Shown: positions 30,213 to 39,734 of the stretch, piece by piece | How the letters are laid out: every line of letters starts with the position of its first letter | Numbering within the stretch: position 1 is the stretch's first letter | Source: Myxococcota bacterium | GTDB taxonomy: Bacteria > Myxococcota_A > UBA796 > SXON01 | Direction of reading: 5' to 3' | Assembly: GCA_040386535.1 (NCBI GenBank) | Contig: JAZKFH010000032.1 | Coordinates: 64,001-128,000, forward strand | DNA length: 64,000 nt | The notes under the pieces: generated by a model | The model's database searches: none | What the model saw: only the letters and a program-made list of their open reading frames with translations | Told to the model about the DNA's origin: nothing | Translations under genes and position numbers: made by a program

Positions 30213-31367
30213 CTATTCGACGCGGATCGTGATCGCGTCCGTACCCGTGTTCCCGTCAGCGTCCGTGCCCGTCAGCGTGACGACGTGCGAGCCGACGGAC
30301 AACGGCGCGTTGAAGCTCTCGCCCGTGCCGAACACGCCGTCGAGGCTGCTGGACCAGACGAGGGTCGCGCCCGTGAGCGTGCCGTCCTCGGCATCGCTAC
30401 CGGCGCCGATCCAGGGGATGTCGCTCCCCGCCGCGCGCGTCTCGCCGTCGCTGGGGTGCCAGATCTCTACCGTCGGCGGGCTGCCGACGGGGGTGGGGCC
30501 GCCGGTGTCCGGGTCGGGCTCCGTGCCGGCGCGGCAGGCGGCGTACTCCTCGATCCAGGCGAGGATGTCGACGTAGGCGGGGTCGCTCGTGTTGTCGATC
30601 TTGTCGCCGCCGCCGTGGTCCACGACGCCCGCGAGGGGCTTCGTCAGGATCAGGCTGTCCGCCGGGGTGGCGTAGTCGACGTACCCGGCGCCGATGACCG
30701 CGTACATGGTGAAGAGCGGGTCCCGGTCGGTGCCGGTGACGAGCCAGTGTGGTGGGTTGCCGTCGTCCGCGTACACGCCGCCGGCGTCGTGACAGTTGGA
30801 GCAGCGGTCGCGCCACGGCCACACCTTCGCCTCGAAGCTGGCCCCGAGCTCCTCCTCGGTGCAGGCACCGGTGAGCGGGGTCTGCACGTCGGTCGGCGGG
30901 GTGCTCGCCGTGCCCGCGCCGCAGGGGTCCTCGACCTCGCCGCACACGCAGTCCTGGCAGGAGGCGCTCCACTCGATCCACGCGAGGAAGCCGTCGTACT
31001 CGCGCTGAATCACGTCTCCGTCGATCAGCGGGCTCGCGGGGTCCGCCAGCAGGATCTGGGCGAGGAGCTCGCTGGACTCGGGGGCCTCGAGGTCGACCAT
31101 GCCCGACTCGACGAGGCACGCCATCGAGTCGCAGGGCGTGTCACGCACGTACATCGAGAGGTCGACCCCGGAGAGGTGGCACTGGTTGCAGCTCGACGGC
31201 TGGCCGCCGGTCACGAGCGGCTCGATGTACCGCTCGTAGAGCGCGTCCTGGCCGTCCTCGGTACAGACTCGGTCAATCTCCGGGGTGTCGCAGCCTGCCT
31301 CGGGCTCCGTGGCCTCGGTGTCCTTCGGCGCGGGGTCGGTGGCGCAGGCGAGGAGGAGAAGGAGCAT
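30213..31367 (-). CDS. di-heme Cys-rich lipoprotein with C-terminal Ig/PKD-like domain
   Basis: Lipobox LLAC; CNQCH and CSNCH in two similar domains; PPTVEI...GSDAEDG...WSSSLDG...TLTGTD. Confidence 0.8.
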   Translation of the reverse strand: MLLLLLACATDPAPKDTEATEPEAGCDTPEIDRVCTEDGQDALYERYIEPLVTGGQPSSCNQCHLSGVDLSMYVRDTPCDSMACLVESGMVDLEAPESSELLAQILLADPASPLIDGDVIQREYDGFLAWIEWSASCQDCVCGEVEDPCGAGTASTPPTDVQTPLTGACTEEELGASFEAKVWPWRDRCSNCHDAGGVYADDGNPPHWLVTGTDRDPLFTMYAVIGAGYVDYATPADSLILTKPLAGVVDHGGGDKIDNTSDPAYVDILAWIEEYAACRAGTEPDPDTGGPTPVGSPPTVEIWHPSDGETRAAGSDIPWIGAGSDAEDGTLTGATLVWSSSLDGVFGTGESFNAPLSVGSHVVTLTGTDADGNTGTDAITIRVE

Positions 31368-31416
31368 CTGGGTCACCTGGGCGGCAAGTCTACCTCGTCG
31401 CACGCCGTAAACCGAC

Positions 31417-31435
31417 TGTGGCACGGTTGGTTACA
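31417..31435. promoter_or_regulatory. palindromic TGTGAC-N7-GTCACA-type site (copy 3)
   Basis: TGTGGC-ACGGTTG-GTTACA about 50 bp upstream of ATG 31367. Confidence 0.55.
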
Positions 31436-31566
31436 CGTGGCCGGGTTGGTCGCTGGGGGAAACGGCACAACCGCGGTGTGTCCCCTCGCACGGGCACCGG
31501 AGCCGCCGACGCACCTCCGGGGCACCGGGGCCTCCGCACCGGCTCGCCGGGTGCCCGAAAGAGGCT

Positions 31567-32289
31567 CTATGGAGCGACCTGGGATGCCGAAGGGGCGAGG
31601 CGCTTCGCCCGGGCCAGGATGTCCTCGGCGGCGGCGGCGTCGTCCGACCGGATGGCGACCGCGAAGCCCGTCCCCGTCGAGGACACCGTCGCGGTCGCCC
31701 CCTTCGGGACGAGCGGGCAGCTCGGCATCTCGGGCATGTCGTGCCCGACGGCGGCGTTCCGCGCGACGTGGCAGTCGGTCACGCGCTGGAGCCACTCGGC
31801 CGTCAGCCCCTCCACGGCGCGCACGGTGACCGTTGCGCCCACGATCCGGTGCTCGGGCGTCTTCCCGCCGCGATGCACTACGAGCGGCTCGACGCTGGCG
31901 ATGTCCGCAGCGTGCTGCTCGAAGGGGCTCAGGTCGACGTCGGCGGGATCGAGCCCCACGCAGGCCCGCGCTTCGGCCTCGCGCAGCGCCTCGGAGGCCG
32001 CTCGGTGGTCGGCGGCCATCTTCCGGTGCCGCTCCGCCTCGCGAAGGTGGGCCTCCGTGGGGTTCGTCCAGCAAGGGCGCCGGCCCTTCCCGGCGCCGCA
32101 GAGGTCCTTCTCCAGCGGCGCGTTGGGGTCGTACTGCTCGGCGTGGGTCGTCGCTGCCTGCTCGTGCGTGCCGGCCTCCGCTTCGTGCTGGGCTTCGCCC
32201 ATCTCGTGCGGCCTTGCGCCGGGGGTGCGGGCGGCGCAGGCGGCCAGCGCGAGGGGAAGGAGCAGGACGAGAGCAGGATGGACGGTCAT
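31567..32289 (-). CDS. His/Cys-rich hypothetical lipoprotein
   Basis: Start 32289 MTVHPALVLLLPLALAAC; PHEM..QHE..HE; AEWLQRVTDCH; CPL. Confidence 0.8.
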   Translation of the reverse strand: MTVHPALVLLLPLALAACAARTPGARPHEMGEAQHEAEAGTHEQAATTHAEQYDPNAPLEKDLCGAGKGRRPCWTNPTEAHLREAERHRKMAADHRAASEALREAEARACVGLDPADVDLSPFEQHAADIASVEPLVVHRGGKTPEHRIVGATVTVRAVEGLTAEWLQRVTDCHVARNAAVGHDMPEMPSCPLVPKGATATVSSTGTGFAVAIRSDDAAAAEDILARAKRLAPSASQVAP

Positions 32290-32318
32290 TCGGATCTCCG
32301 GGAACGAGTGGGACCTAT

Positions 32319-32333
32319 GCACGGCACGTGCCA
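32319..32333 (-). promoter_or_regulatory. possible sigma54 -24/-12 promoter
   Basis: TGGCAC-GTGCC-GTGC on the minus strand (GG-N10-GC) upstream of 32289. Confidence 0.45.
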
Positions 32334-32373
32334 CGTCGAACGGAAGGGCCGGCTGTAACCCTGGCTGTCGGCG

Positions 32374-32392
32374 TGTGACCTGGGATGTCACA
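32374..32392. promoter_or_regulatory. palindromic TGTGAC-N7-GTCACA site (copy 4, perfect)
   Basis: TGTGAC-CTGGGAT-GTCACA; extra half-site TGTAAC at 32354. Confidence 0.6.
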
Positions 32393-33842
32393 TCCCGTCC
32401 ATCCCGTCGCCCACCGCGAGCATGCCGGCCATGCCGAGCTCTGCGTGCTCGAGGATGTGGCAGTGGTACATCCAGTCCCCGGGGTTGTCCATCTCGCTCG
32501 CCAGGGTGACGGAGGCGTAGGGCGGGATGTCGAAGGTATCCTTCCAACCTGACAATGCGGGCGGAATCCCGTCCACGTCGAGCACTTGGAAGCGGTTGCC
32601 GTGGATGTGGAAGGGGTGGTGCATCTCGGAGTCGTTCTGGACCACGAACGTGGCGGCAACGTCCTCGGAAGCCATCACTTCGGGCACGTCCGGGTACGAG
32701 AAGCCGTCGACCGTGACGATGCCGTTCTCCATGTCCTCGTCGAGCACCCAGGTGTGCACCAGGGGCTCCTCGCCGGTGAAAGACGGGAGGTCGTCGGAGG
32801 GGAGCGTCATGGGCGTCGGCGTGCCGGCCTCGTCGCCGATCACGAAGGTCATCACGGGGTTCTCGCCCTCGCCCATCGGGTCGTACTCGACCATGTGGGC
32901 ATCCTCGGCGTGGAGCTGGAAGCGGGCGCTCATCAGCCGCAGCTCGTCGCCCGGGGCGCCGACCCAGTCGACCGCCACGATGTAGCGCTCGCCCGGCGAG
33001 ACCACGAGGTGGTCCACGGGCACCTCCTCGCCGAGCCATCCGCCGTCCGTCCCCACGACCCGCATTTGCTGGCCTTCGAGGGTGAGATCGAAGTGGCGCG
33101 CGTTCGCGGCGTTCACGAGCCGGAGCAGCATCGTCTCGCCGGCCTTCACCTCGATGCGGCGATCCGAGCGGCCATTCGCCAGGATCAGGTTTCCGAGGCG
33201 GCCCATGAGCTGCATGTGCTCGGTGTCCTTCGGGGCGATCTGCATCGTGTCCTCGTCGAGGAGGATGTCGTCGAGCACCACGGGGAGGTCGCAGTCGACC
33301 CGGGGTTCATCCGGGTGGTGCACGATGATGCGGCCGTAGAGCCCGCGCTCCAGGTCCTGCTCGGTGGCCATATGGGGGTGGTACCAGTAGAAGCCGGCGT
33401 CCACCATGGGGATCTCGTAGGTGAACGAGTCGCCGGCGGGGACCATGTCGATCATGCGGACGGCGCCGTCCATCGCGTCCGGCGCGCGGAAGCCGTGCCA
33501 GTGGACCGTGGAGTCGTACTCCAGCCCGTTCGTGAACTCGGCGCGGAGAACCTGCCCCAGGTCCAGCTCGAGGACGGGCCCCGGAATCTCCCCGTTGTAG
33601 GCGAGGCCATCCGTCAGCATCGTCCCGGAGCCAGGGTCCCACTCGAAAGGGGCCTGGGTGAGCTCGACCGCGACTACGTCGTCGGCGGGGTCGAGGTCCG
33701 CGGCGGGAGTGTAGCCGCAGCGCTCCGTAGGGAGGGGCAAGGGCTCGCCGGTGTCGTCCTCGCCCGCAGAGTCCGCGGGGCTGTCCGAGATCTTGTCCCC
33801 GGTGCAGGCGGGGAGGAGGAGCGCGAGGAGCGACAGGAGCAT
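32388..33842 (-). CDS. multicopper oxidase (lipoprotein)
   Basis: HWHG, WYHPH, HPFHIHG, HCHILEHAELGM; lipobox LPAC. Confidence 0.95.
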   Translation of the reverse strand: MLLSLLALLLPACTGDKISDSPADSAGEDDTGEPLPLPTERCGYTPAADLDPADDVVAVELTQAPFEWDPGSGTMLTDGLAYNGEIPGPVLELDLGQVLRAEFTNGLEYDSTVHWHGFRAPDAMDGAVRMIDMVPAGDSFTYEIPMVDAGFYWYHPHMATEQDLERGLYGRIIVHHPDEPRVDCDLPVVLDDILLDEDTMQIAPKDTEHMQLMGRLGNLILANGRSDRRIEVKAGETMLLRLVNAANARHFDLTLEGQQMRVVGTDGGWLGEEVPVDHLVVSPGERYIVAVDWVGAPGDELRLMSARFQLHAEDAHMVEYDPMGEGENPVMTFVIGDEAGTPTPMTLPSDDLPSFTGEEPLVHTWVLDEDMENGIVTVDGFSYPDVPEVMASEDVAATFVVQNDSEMHHPFHIHGNRFQVLDVDGIPPALSGWKDTFDIPPYASVTLASEMDNPGDWMYHCHILEHAELGMAGMLAVGDGMDGM

Positions 33843-33853
33843 GGGGGCCTCGG

Positions 33854-33872
33854 TGTGACGGGGCGGGTCACG
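33854..33872. promoter_or_regulatory. palindromic TGTGAC-N7-GTCACA-type site (copy 5)
   Basis: TGTGAC-GGGGCGG-GTCACG just upstream of the oxidase start. Confidence 0.5.
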
Positions 33873-33968
33873 GATCGGCCGTTCGCGGCCGGTCCGCAGA
33901 CACCCTTAGCAAGGCGCGGACCAGCGCGGCCGTCCCCCCTTCTCTGCCTCTCGAGTCCCCTCGGCGCC

Positions 33969-34325
33969 CTACTGCACCGGCGTGCGTCCCTTCTGCCAGC
34001 GCTGGAGGCTCTCGATCTCCTTCGTCTGGTCGTCGATCACCTTCTGAGCAACCGCGCGCAGCTCGGGATCCTTGCCGTACTGGAGCTCCACGTTCGCCAT
34101 GTCGATGGCCCCCTGGTGGTGGGCGATCATTATGCTGGCGAAGTCCGCATCGGCGTCGCCGACCATGGGCTTGGCCATCATCTCGCGGTTCATCTTCTCC
34201 GCAGCCTGCATGAAGGCCTGCCCGGCTGGCTGCCCAGCGGCGCCCGGCCCCCCGCTGGGCGCTGCACCGAGCAGAAGGCCGAGGCTGATGACGGCGGCTC
34301 CCAGAAGCGTGCGATGGATGGACAT
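33969..34325 (-). CDS. DUF305 (CopM-like) periplasmic protein
   Basis: GGAGG RBS, signal peptide, GDADADFASIMIAHHQGAIDMA..ELQYGKDPELR. Confidence 0.88.
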   Translation of the reverse strand: MSIHRTLLGAAVISLGLLLGAAPSGGPGAAGQPAGQAFMQAAEKMNREMMAKPMVGDADADFASIMIAHHQGAIDMANVELQYGKDPELRAVAQKVIDDQTKEIESLQRWQKGRTPVQ

Positions 34326-34419
34326 TTCGCCTCCCTCCGTCCTGGGTAAGCGCCTGGATGTGCACTGCTCGCGGAGCTTCACGTCCATGGGCGCGAAGGG
34401 CCCGGCCCGAACACGCCGG

Positions 34420-36381
34420 TCAACGGGGCGGCTTCGGAGCCCCACGATCATGGTGCATCTCCACTTCTCCAGGGCGGGCCTGCACAAAAACCGCGCCGCC
34501 GTACGCCGCGCGGCCGCCATAGGTCGCCGCGAGATCCGCAGGGACGATCAGCAGGTTCCCGCGGACCCCCAACCCGAGGCGCAGCGGGCCGACCGGAAGG
34601 CTGTAGACGTTCCCGACCGCGAGGGAGGTCAACCCCGCGGCCGAGCTGGGTAGCAGGTCCACCACCGCCAGCTCCTCGGCTGATTTCAGCACGTGCTCCG
34701 CGCGCCCGAACACGTTGTTGTTGCCGATGCCGAGGTCGGTTTCGAGGAGGAAGGCGTCGCTCGCCGCGCCGTCGTGCAGGTTCCGACCCCACGCGGCCGT
34801 GAGCGCCCAGTTCCCGTTCCCCCGGCCGTCGTGGTCGAACGTGGTCGACGCGGTGATCCGGGTCGTCGGAGCCCCAGGTTCCAGAGGCTCCGGCTCCGCG
34901 AGCCAGCCGTAGGACACCTGCGCGGTCCACATCGGCAGCAGGCTCACGCTCAGCCGAGACGACCACGAGTCAGGCACGTCGAGGTCGAGGTCGTAGCGGT
35001 TCTCGTCGGGCTCGCGGCCGTTGAACCAGGACCCCTCCAGCTTCGCCCACTCGTTGAAGACGCCGGCGGTGAGCACGCCGAAGGAGATGTGGGTGGCGTC
35101 CTCCCAGTGGTGTCCGATCGGCGCGAACGGGTCCGAGATGGCGGACGCGCGGTGGGGGAACGCGGTCGGCCCGAGCGCGGGCTCTCCCACGGGGGCCAGG
35201 TACAGCTCGACTCCCGCCGCCTCACCGAACGTCTGGCGCGCTTGGAGCGCGAGTTCCATGAACAGATCGTGCGGATGCTGGCGGTCCACGAGGGGCCTGC
35301 CCTCCCAGGTCTCCCCTGTCTGGCCTAGCAGCGGATAGCCAGCCCCGCCCACCGTGAGGGGCTCCAGGCTGAGCATCGCGCGCGCGCCGACCTCGGTGTC
35401 GTCGTCCCCGACGGTTCCGTGGACCATGACCCAGTTCACGCTCGCGAACTGGCCGTCCCCCCGCGGAGAGCCCTGCGCGTCGTAGAGAGCGAACAGGTTG
35501 CCGTGTCCCATCCACTGGACGGGGCCCGTCGCGCCATGGAAAGCCGTCATCGGGGTGCTCTCGGGCTGCCATGACGTGCCGGAAGCGGCACGCATCTCCA
35601 TTCGCTCCATGAGCCCCATGTCGTCGTGCCCGTCGTGCGCCGCGGGGGCCGCGTGGTCTTCGTTACCCCGGCGCTTCGCGTGGCCTTCGCGCTCCTCGCG
35701 ATCTTCCTGACCCTCCTGCCCCGCGTGACCTTCTCGCTCTGCGTGACCTTGTTCCTTGTGACCGTCCTGGTCGTGCCGTGCTTCCTCGTCCGGTCGCTCT
35801 TCGCCGGCGTCCGCGTGCTTGGCGCCGGCACGGGGCGCACGGCCGCCATGATGATGACCAGCGCTGCTCTCCACCAGCTCGTTGTAGGCCTCGGGAGACA
35901 GTGACGGAAGCGCCTGGACGAACGCCGTCAGTGACCAGATACCCTCGTCATCGATGCTGGCTCCCCAGGCGGGCATCGCCGTCATCTTGATGCCGTGCTT
36001 GATGGTCCAGAACGTTCGGCGCGGATCGCGGGGGGGCGCGGTCGCGAGGTTCGGGGGCGGGGGGTGCAGGCCGCGGGTGAGCTCGTCCGGCTCACTGCCC
36101 GGCGCGAGATGGCACATCGCGCACATCACCTGGTAGTTTCCCGCGCCCTGTCGGACCCGCTCAGGGTCGGCGAGATCCGGCACCTCGAGCCCCCGCGAGC
36201 GTGCCGCGATCGCGCGCTCCCGCGTCGAGACCAGGCTCGCCTCGACGATCGGTGCCATCGGGCGGTCGGCGCCCGGGTTGATGAGGAGGGCGCAGCCGGA
36301 GGCCAGCGGCAACCCCATCAGGAACAGCCTGACTACGAGCACGTTGTGCATGAGATTTACCGCACGAAGGGCCACGGACAT
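34420..36381 (-). CDS. fusion: cytochrome c + His/acidic linker + outer-membrane beta-barrel
   Basis: CAMCHLAPG...FWTIKHGIKMTAMPAWG; HHH and GH-rich linker; SGTSWQP..TPM, DRQHPHDLFMEL and beta-strands; start uncertain. Confidence 0.8.
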   Translation of the reverse strand: MSVALRAVNLMHNVLVVRLFLMGLPLASGCALLINPGADRPMAPIVEASLVSTRERAIAARSRGLEVPDLADPERVRQGAGNYQVMCAMCHLAPGSEPDELTRGLHPPPPNLATAPPRDPRRTFWTIKHGIKMTAMPAWGASIDDEGIWSLTAFVQALPSLSPEAYNELVESSAGHHHGGRAPRAGAKHADAGEERPDEEARHDQDGHKEQGHAEREGHAGQEGQEDREEREGHAKRRGNEDHAAPAAHDGHDDMGLMERMEMRAASGTSWQPESTPMTAFHGATGPVQWMGHGNLFALYDAQGSPRGDGQFASVNWVMVHGTVGDDDTEVGARAMLSLEPLTVGGAGYPLLGQTGETWEGRPLVDRQHPHDLFMELALQARQTFGEAAGVELYLAPVGEPALGPTAFPHRASAISDPFAPIGHHWEDATHISFGVLTAGVFNEWAKLEGSWFNGREPDENRYDLDLDVPDSWSSRLSVSLLPMWTAQVSYGWLAEPEPLEPGAPTTRITASTTFDHDGRGNGNWALTAAWGRNLHDGAASDAFLLETDLGIGNNNVFGRAEHVLKSAEELAVVDLLPSSAAGLTSLAVGNVYSLPVGPLRLGLGVRGNLLIVPADLAATYGGRAAYGGAVFVQARPGEVEMHHDRGAPKPPR

Positions 36382-36403
36382 GTCCTCGGCTCGTAGCCTG
36401 GCG

Positions 36404-36430
36404 GTAATGCTCCGACGGCAAGCGCGTCAG
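36404..36430 (+). promoter_or_regulatory. ECF-type promoter GTAATG-N15-CGTCAG (copy 1)
   Basis: Same spacing as three other copies; no immediately adjacent plus-strand gene. Confidence 0.5.
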
Positions 36431-36494
36431 CGGGGTGTCGGAAAGCGACCGGAACTGGCACAAAGGAACGGGAGGGTTCAGCAGAGATGCTTTG

Positions 36495-36815
36495 CTACCC
36501 CTTGGCGACGAGGCCCTCCTCGCGCTGCTTCCGCCGCCCGTACCCGGTCACCCCCGGCGGTTTGAACACCGATAGCCCCGTCGTCACGAGTAGAAGTACG
36601 ACCGCGGCGGCCGAGGTGACGACGAGCTGCAACCGCACGTCGTCGTGCTGCCCGCTCACCAGCGGCCCGTGCACGGCGTCCGCCATGAACGCGATCGGCT
36701 GCGTGTGCAGCAGCGGAAGTGCGGTGGCGGAGACGGTGAGCAGCAGCTTCACGACGACCCACCAGTAGCGGAAGAGCCCCCACAGGGTGCCGAGGGACTG
36801 CACGAGGCCCGTCAA
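36495..36815 (-). pseudogene. 5'-truncated paralogue of the DUF2269-like gene at 39735-40259
   Basis: QSLGTLWGLFRYWWVVVKLLLT...TTGLSVFKPPGVT closely matches the C-terminal half of 39735-40259; N-terminal half absent. Confidence 0.8.
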
Positions 36816-36910
36816 CAGCGACGGGAAGCTCTGGTCACTTCCCCTCCCACTTCTGGGAAGCGCGGGGGGGAGGATCCTTGCGGGTCAGGGAGGAGCGAGG
36901 GGCCAGGGCT

Positions 36911-36937
36911 GTAATGCTTCCGCCCGGCGTGCGTCCG
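36911..36937 (+). promoter_or_regulatory. ECF-type promoter GTAATG-N15-CGTC (copy 2)
   Basis: Immediately upstream of the TolC-oxidase operon. Confidence 0.65.
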
Positions 36938-36956
36938 CCCCGTCGAAGGAGGCCGA

Positions 36957-38390
36957 ATGCTGGGCCGAGCTGGAGTCATCATATGGGCCGCGCTGGCCGC
37001 GGGGTGCGCCACCCGGCGCTTAGAGGACGTGGCCCGGGAGGTCGAGCCCGCGGCCGTGCGACCCGTGGCGGTGGCGATCGCGGCCGACCCCCCGCTCCCC
37101 GGGGAGTCGACGGAGGAGTGGGCGGGCCTCGCGGAGGCCGCCCCCGGGGTAGACGACGGTTACCTCACGCTTGACGCGGCGGTCGCCCTGGCCCGCGTGC
37201 GCAACCCCGTGCTCGTCGGCGCCGAGCACGACGTTGAAGCTGCCCGCTGGAGCGCCGTCCAGGCGAGCCGGCTGCCGAACCCCTCGGTGGAGGTCGAGGC
37301 GTTCCCCGAGCACGAGGTGTTCGAGTTGGAAGGCGGCGTGGAGTTCGCGCTCACGGACGCGCTCCTTGCCCCCGGCCGGGCGCGAGCGTTCCGCTCAGTC
37401 GCGGAGGCGGAGCGCCACCGCGCCGCGGAGGCGGGCGTGCGCCTGACCTACGACGTGAGGGCCGCCTGGTACGACGCTTTCGCCGCGGAAGCCCGCCTCG
37501 GCGTGGCCCAGCGGGCGCTGGACGCGCTCGCTGCCGCCCGCGACGTGGCCGAGGCGCGCGTCGCCTCGGGCAACGGACCCGCGCTCGAGGCGGCGGCGCA
37601 CACCGCCGCCTACGAGCGCACCCGCGGCGAGGTTGCGGCGCTCGAGCTCGGCCGCGAAGCCGCGCGGGAGCGCCTGAACGCACTCCTTGGGCTCGAGGGG
37701 GCCGAGACGGGGTGGACGCTGGGCGGGGCGCTCCCCCCTCTTCCGGACTCCGTGGAGGTGGCGGAGGGGGCCGAGAAGCAGGCGCTGGCGGCGAGCCACG
37801 CCCTCGCGGCCGCCCGATCGCGCCTCGACGCGCTGGCGCGCCACGGCGCTTTGGCACGCGCCGAGAAGGGCGTCCCCGACGTGTCCGTCGCGCTCCTCGG
37901 CGCGTGGGAGGGAGCGCCGAGCTTCCGGGAGGAGGGCGAGTGGCGGGCCGGGGTCGGGCTCCACACCACGCTCCCCGTGTTCGACGGCGGGCGCGCGGAG
38001 GGCCGGGCGTGGGACGCCCGGTTCGACGGGGAGGCCGCGCGGGCCCGTGGGCTCGTCGCGGAGACGACTTCCGCCGTGCGCTCGGCCCGGGCGCGGCTCG
38101 TCACCGCGCATGCGCGGGCGGTCCACGAGCGCGACGTGGTGCTGCCGGCGCATCGGCGCCTCACCCGCGAGACCCTGCTCCACTACAACGCGATGCAGCG
38201 CGGGGTCTACGAGCTGCTCCAGGCCCGTGCCGCCGAGCTGGCGGCCGAGCTCGCCCACATCGAGACCTTGCGCGAGCTCGGGACGGCCCAGGCCGCCTGG
38301 AACGCACTCCTCGCCGGCGCCCGTGTGGAAGGCGGCGGCGACACCGGAACCATCGAGCTCGGCGGCGCGTCCGCGGGCGGAGGACATTGA
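36957..38390 (+). CDS. TolC-family outer membrane lipoprotein (copper-resistance associated)
   Basis: Lipobox AAGC, QASRLPNP, LPVFDGG, TLLHYNAM; upstream of the oxidase. Confidence 0.88.
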   Translation: MLGRAGVIIWAALAAGCATRRLEDVAREVEPAAVRPVAVAIAADPPLPGESTEEWAGLAEAAPGVDDGYLTLDAAVALARVRNPVLVGAEHDVEAARWSAVQASRLPNPSVEVEAFPEHEVFELEGGVEFALTDALLAPGRARAFRSVAEAERHRAAEAGVRLTYDVRAAWYDAFAAEARLGVAQRALDALAAARDVAEARVASGNGPALEAAAHTAAYERTRGEVAALELGREAARERLNALLGLEGAETGWTLGGALPPLPDSVEVAEGAEKQALAASHALAAARSRLDALARHGALARAEKGVPDVSVALLGAWEGAPSFREEGEWRAGVGLHTTLPVFDGGRAEGRAWDARFDGEAARARGLVAETTSAVRSARARLVTAHARAVHERDVVLPAHRRLTRETLLHYNAMQRGVYELLQARAAELAAELAHIETLRELGTAQAAWNALLAGARVEGGGDTGTIELGGASAGGGH

Positions 38391-38392
38391 CG

Positions 38393-39727
38393 ATGGACCG
38401 TCGTTCGTTTCTTCGTGGGTTGGGCGGCGTCGCCGCTGGCGCGGTGCTGATTCCCGGGGCGCAGGCCGAGGAGGTCGCACGCCAGGCCGCCCACGCTGGG
38501 CACGGGATGGCGGGCACGTCAACCACCGGCGCGCTCCCTCCGGCAACCCCCGCCGCCCGGGGCTCGCTCATCGTCCCTGGCCAACCCGCCGTGGTGACAC
38601 CCAACGGGAGCACGCTGCCCTGGCGCGTCGTGGATGGCGTGAAGGTTGGCCACCTGGTTGCAGAGCCTGTCGAGCACGAGTTCGCGCCGGGCCTGCGTGT
38701 GCAGGCGTGGGGGTACAACGGCACGTCGCCCGGGCCCACGATCGAGGCCGTCGAAGGCGACCGGCTGCGGATCTACGTCACGAACAAGCTTCCCGAGCCC
38801 ACCACCGTCCACTGGCACGGGATCATCCTCCCGAACGGGATGGACGGCGTCTCGGGCCTCAACCAGGCGCCGATCCCGCCCGGGGAGACGTGGGTATACG
38901 AGTCCACCGTGCGGCACCCGGGCACGTTCATGTACCACCCGCACTACGACGAGATGACACAGATGGCGCTCGGCATGGCGGGGATGTTCGTCGTACATCC
39001 GAAGGCCCCGCGGTACCGCGTGGACCGCGACTTCGTGCTCATGACCCACGAGTGGAAGATCCACGCCGGCGCGAGCCGGCCGGACCCCAACGCGATGAGC
39101 GACTTCAACGTCCTCACCTTCAACAGCAAGGCGTTCCCGGGCACCCAGCCGCTGCTCGTGGGACGGGGCGAGCGCGTGCGCATCCGGTTCGGCAACCTCT
39201 CTGCCATGGACCACCACCCCGTCCACCTGCACGGGCTCGCGTTCAAGCTCACGGCGACGGACGGGGGCTACGTGCCCGACTCGGCGCAGTACCCGGAGAC
39301 CACCGTGCTCGTCCCCGTCGGGAGCACGCGCGTGATCGAGTTCGTGGCCGACGAGCCCGGTGACTGGGCGATGCACTGCCACATGACGCACCACGTGATG
39401 ACGCAGATGGGCCACACTGAGGCGCTCGTCGGCGCGGACATGGGCCGGGTGGACCACCGGATGAGCCGCGTGATGCCCGAGTACATGACGATGGGGACCG
39501 ACGGGATGGGAAGCATGACCGAGATGGAGATGGAGTTCCCAACCAACTCGCTCCCGATGCGTGGCACGCCGGGCCCGTTTGGTTCCATCGACATGGGTGG
39601 GATGTTCACGGTGTTGAAGGTGCGCGAGAATCCGGCTGAGGACCCGGACGGGTGGTACCGCCACCCGGCGGGGACGGTGGCCGGGCGGGCGGACGCGACG
39701 CGGATGAAGGCCGACGGGCTCGCGTGA
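38393..39727 (+). CDS. Tat-exported multicopper oxidase
   Basis: MDRRSFL; HWHG, MYHPH, HPVHLHG, HCHMTHHVM; Met-rich tail. Confidence 0.93.
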   Translation: MDRRSFLRGLGGVAAGAVLIPGAQAEEVARQAAHAGHGMAGTSTTGALPPATPAARGSLIVPGQPAVVTPNGSTLPWRVVDGVKVGHLVAEPVEHEFAPGLRVQAWGYNGTSPGPTIEAVEGDRLRIYVTNKLPEPTTVHWHGIILPNGMDGVSGLNQAPIPPGETWVYESTVRHPGTFMYHPHYDEMTQMALGMAGMFVVHPKAPRYRVDRDFVLMTHEWKIHAGASRPDPNAMSDFNVLTFNSKAFPGTQPLLVGRGERVRIRFGNLSAMDHHPVHLHGLAFKLTATDGGYVPDSAQYPETTVLVPVGSTRVIEFVADEPGDWAMHCHMTHHVMTQMGHTEALVGADMGRVDHRMSRVMPEYMTMGTDGMGSMTEMEMEFPTNSLPMRGTPGPFGSIDMGGMFTVLKVRENPAEDPDGWYRHPAGTVAGRADATRMKADGLA

Positions 39728-39734
39728 CCCGGGC

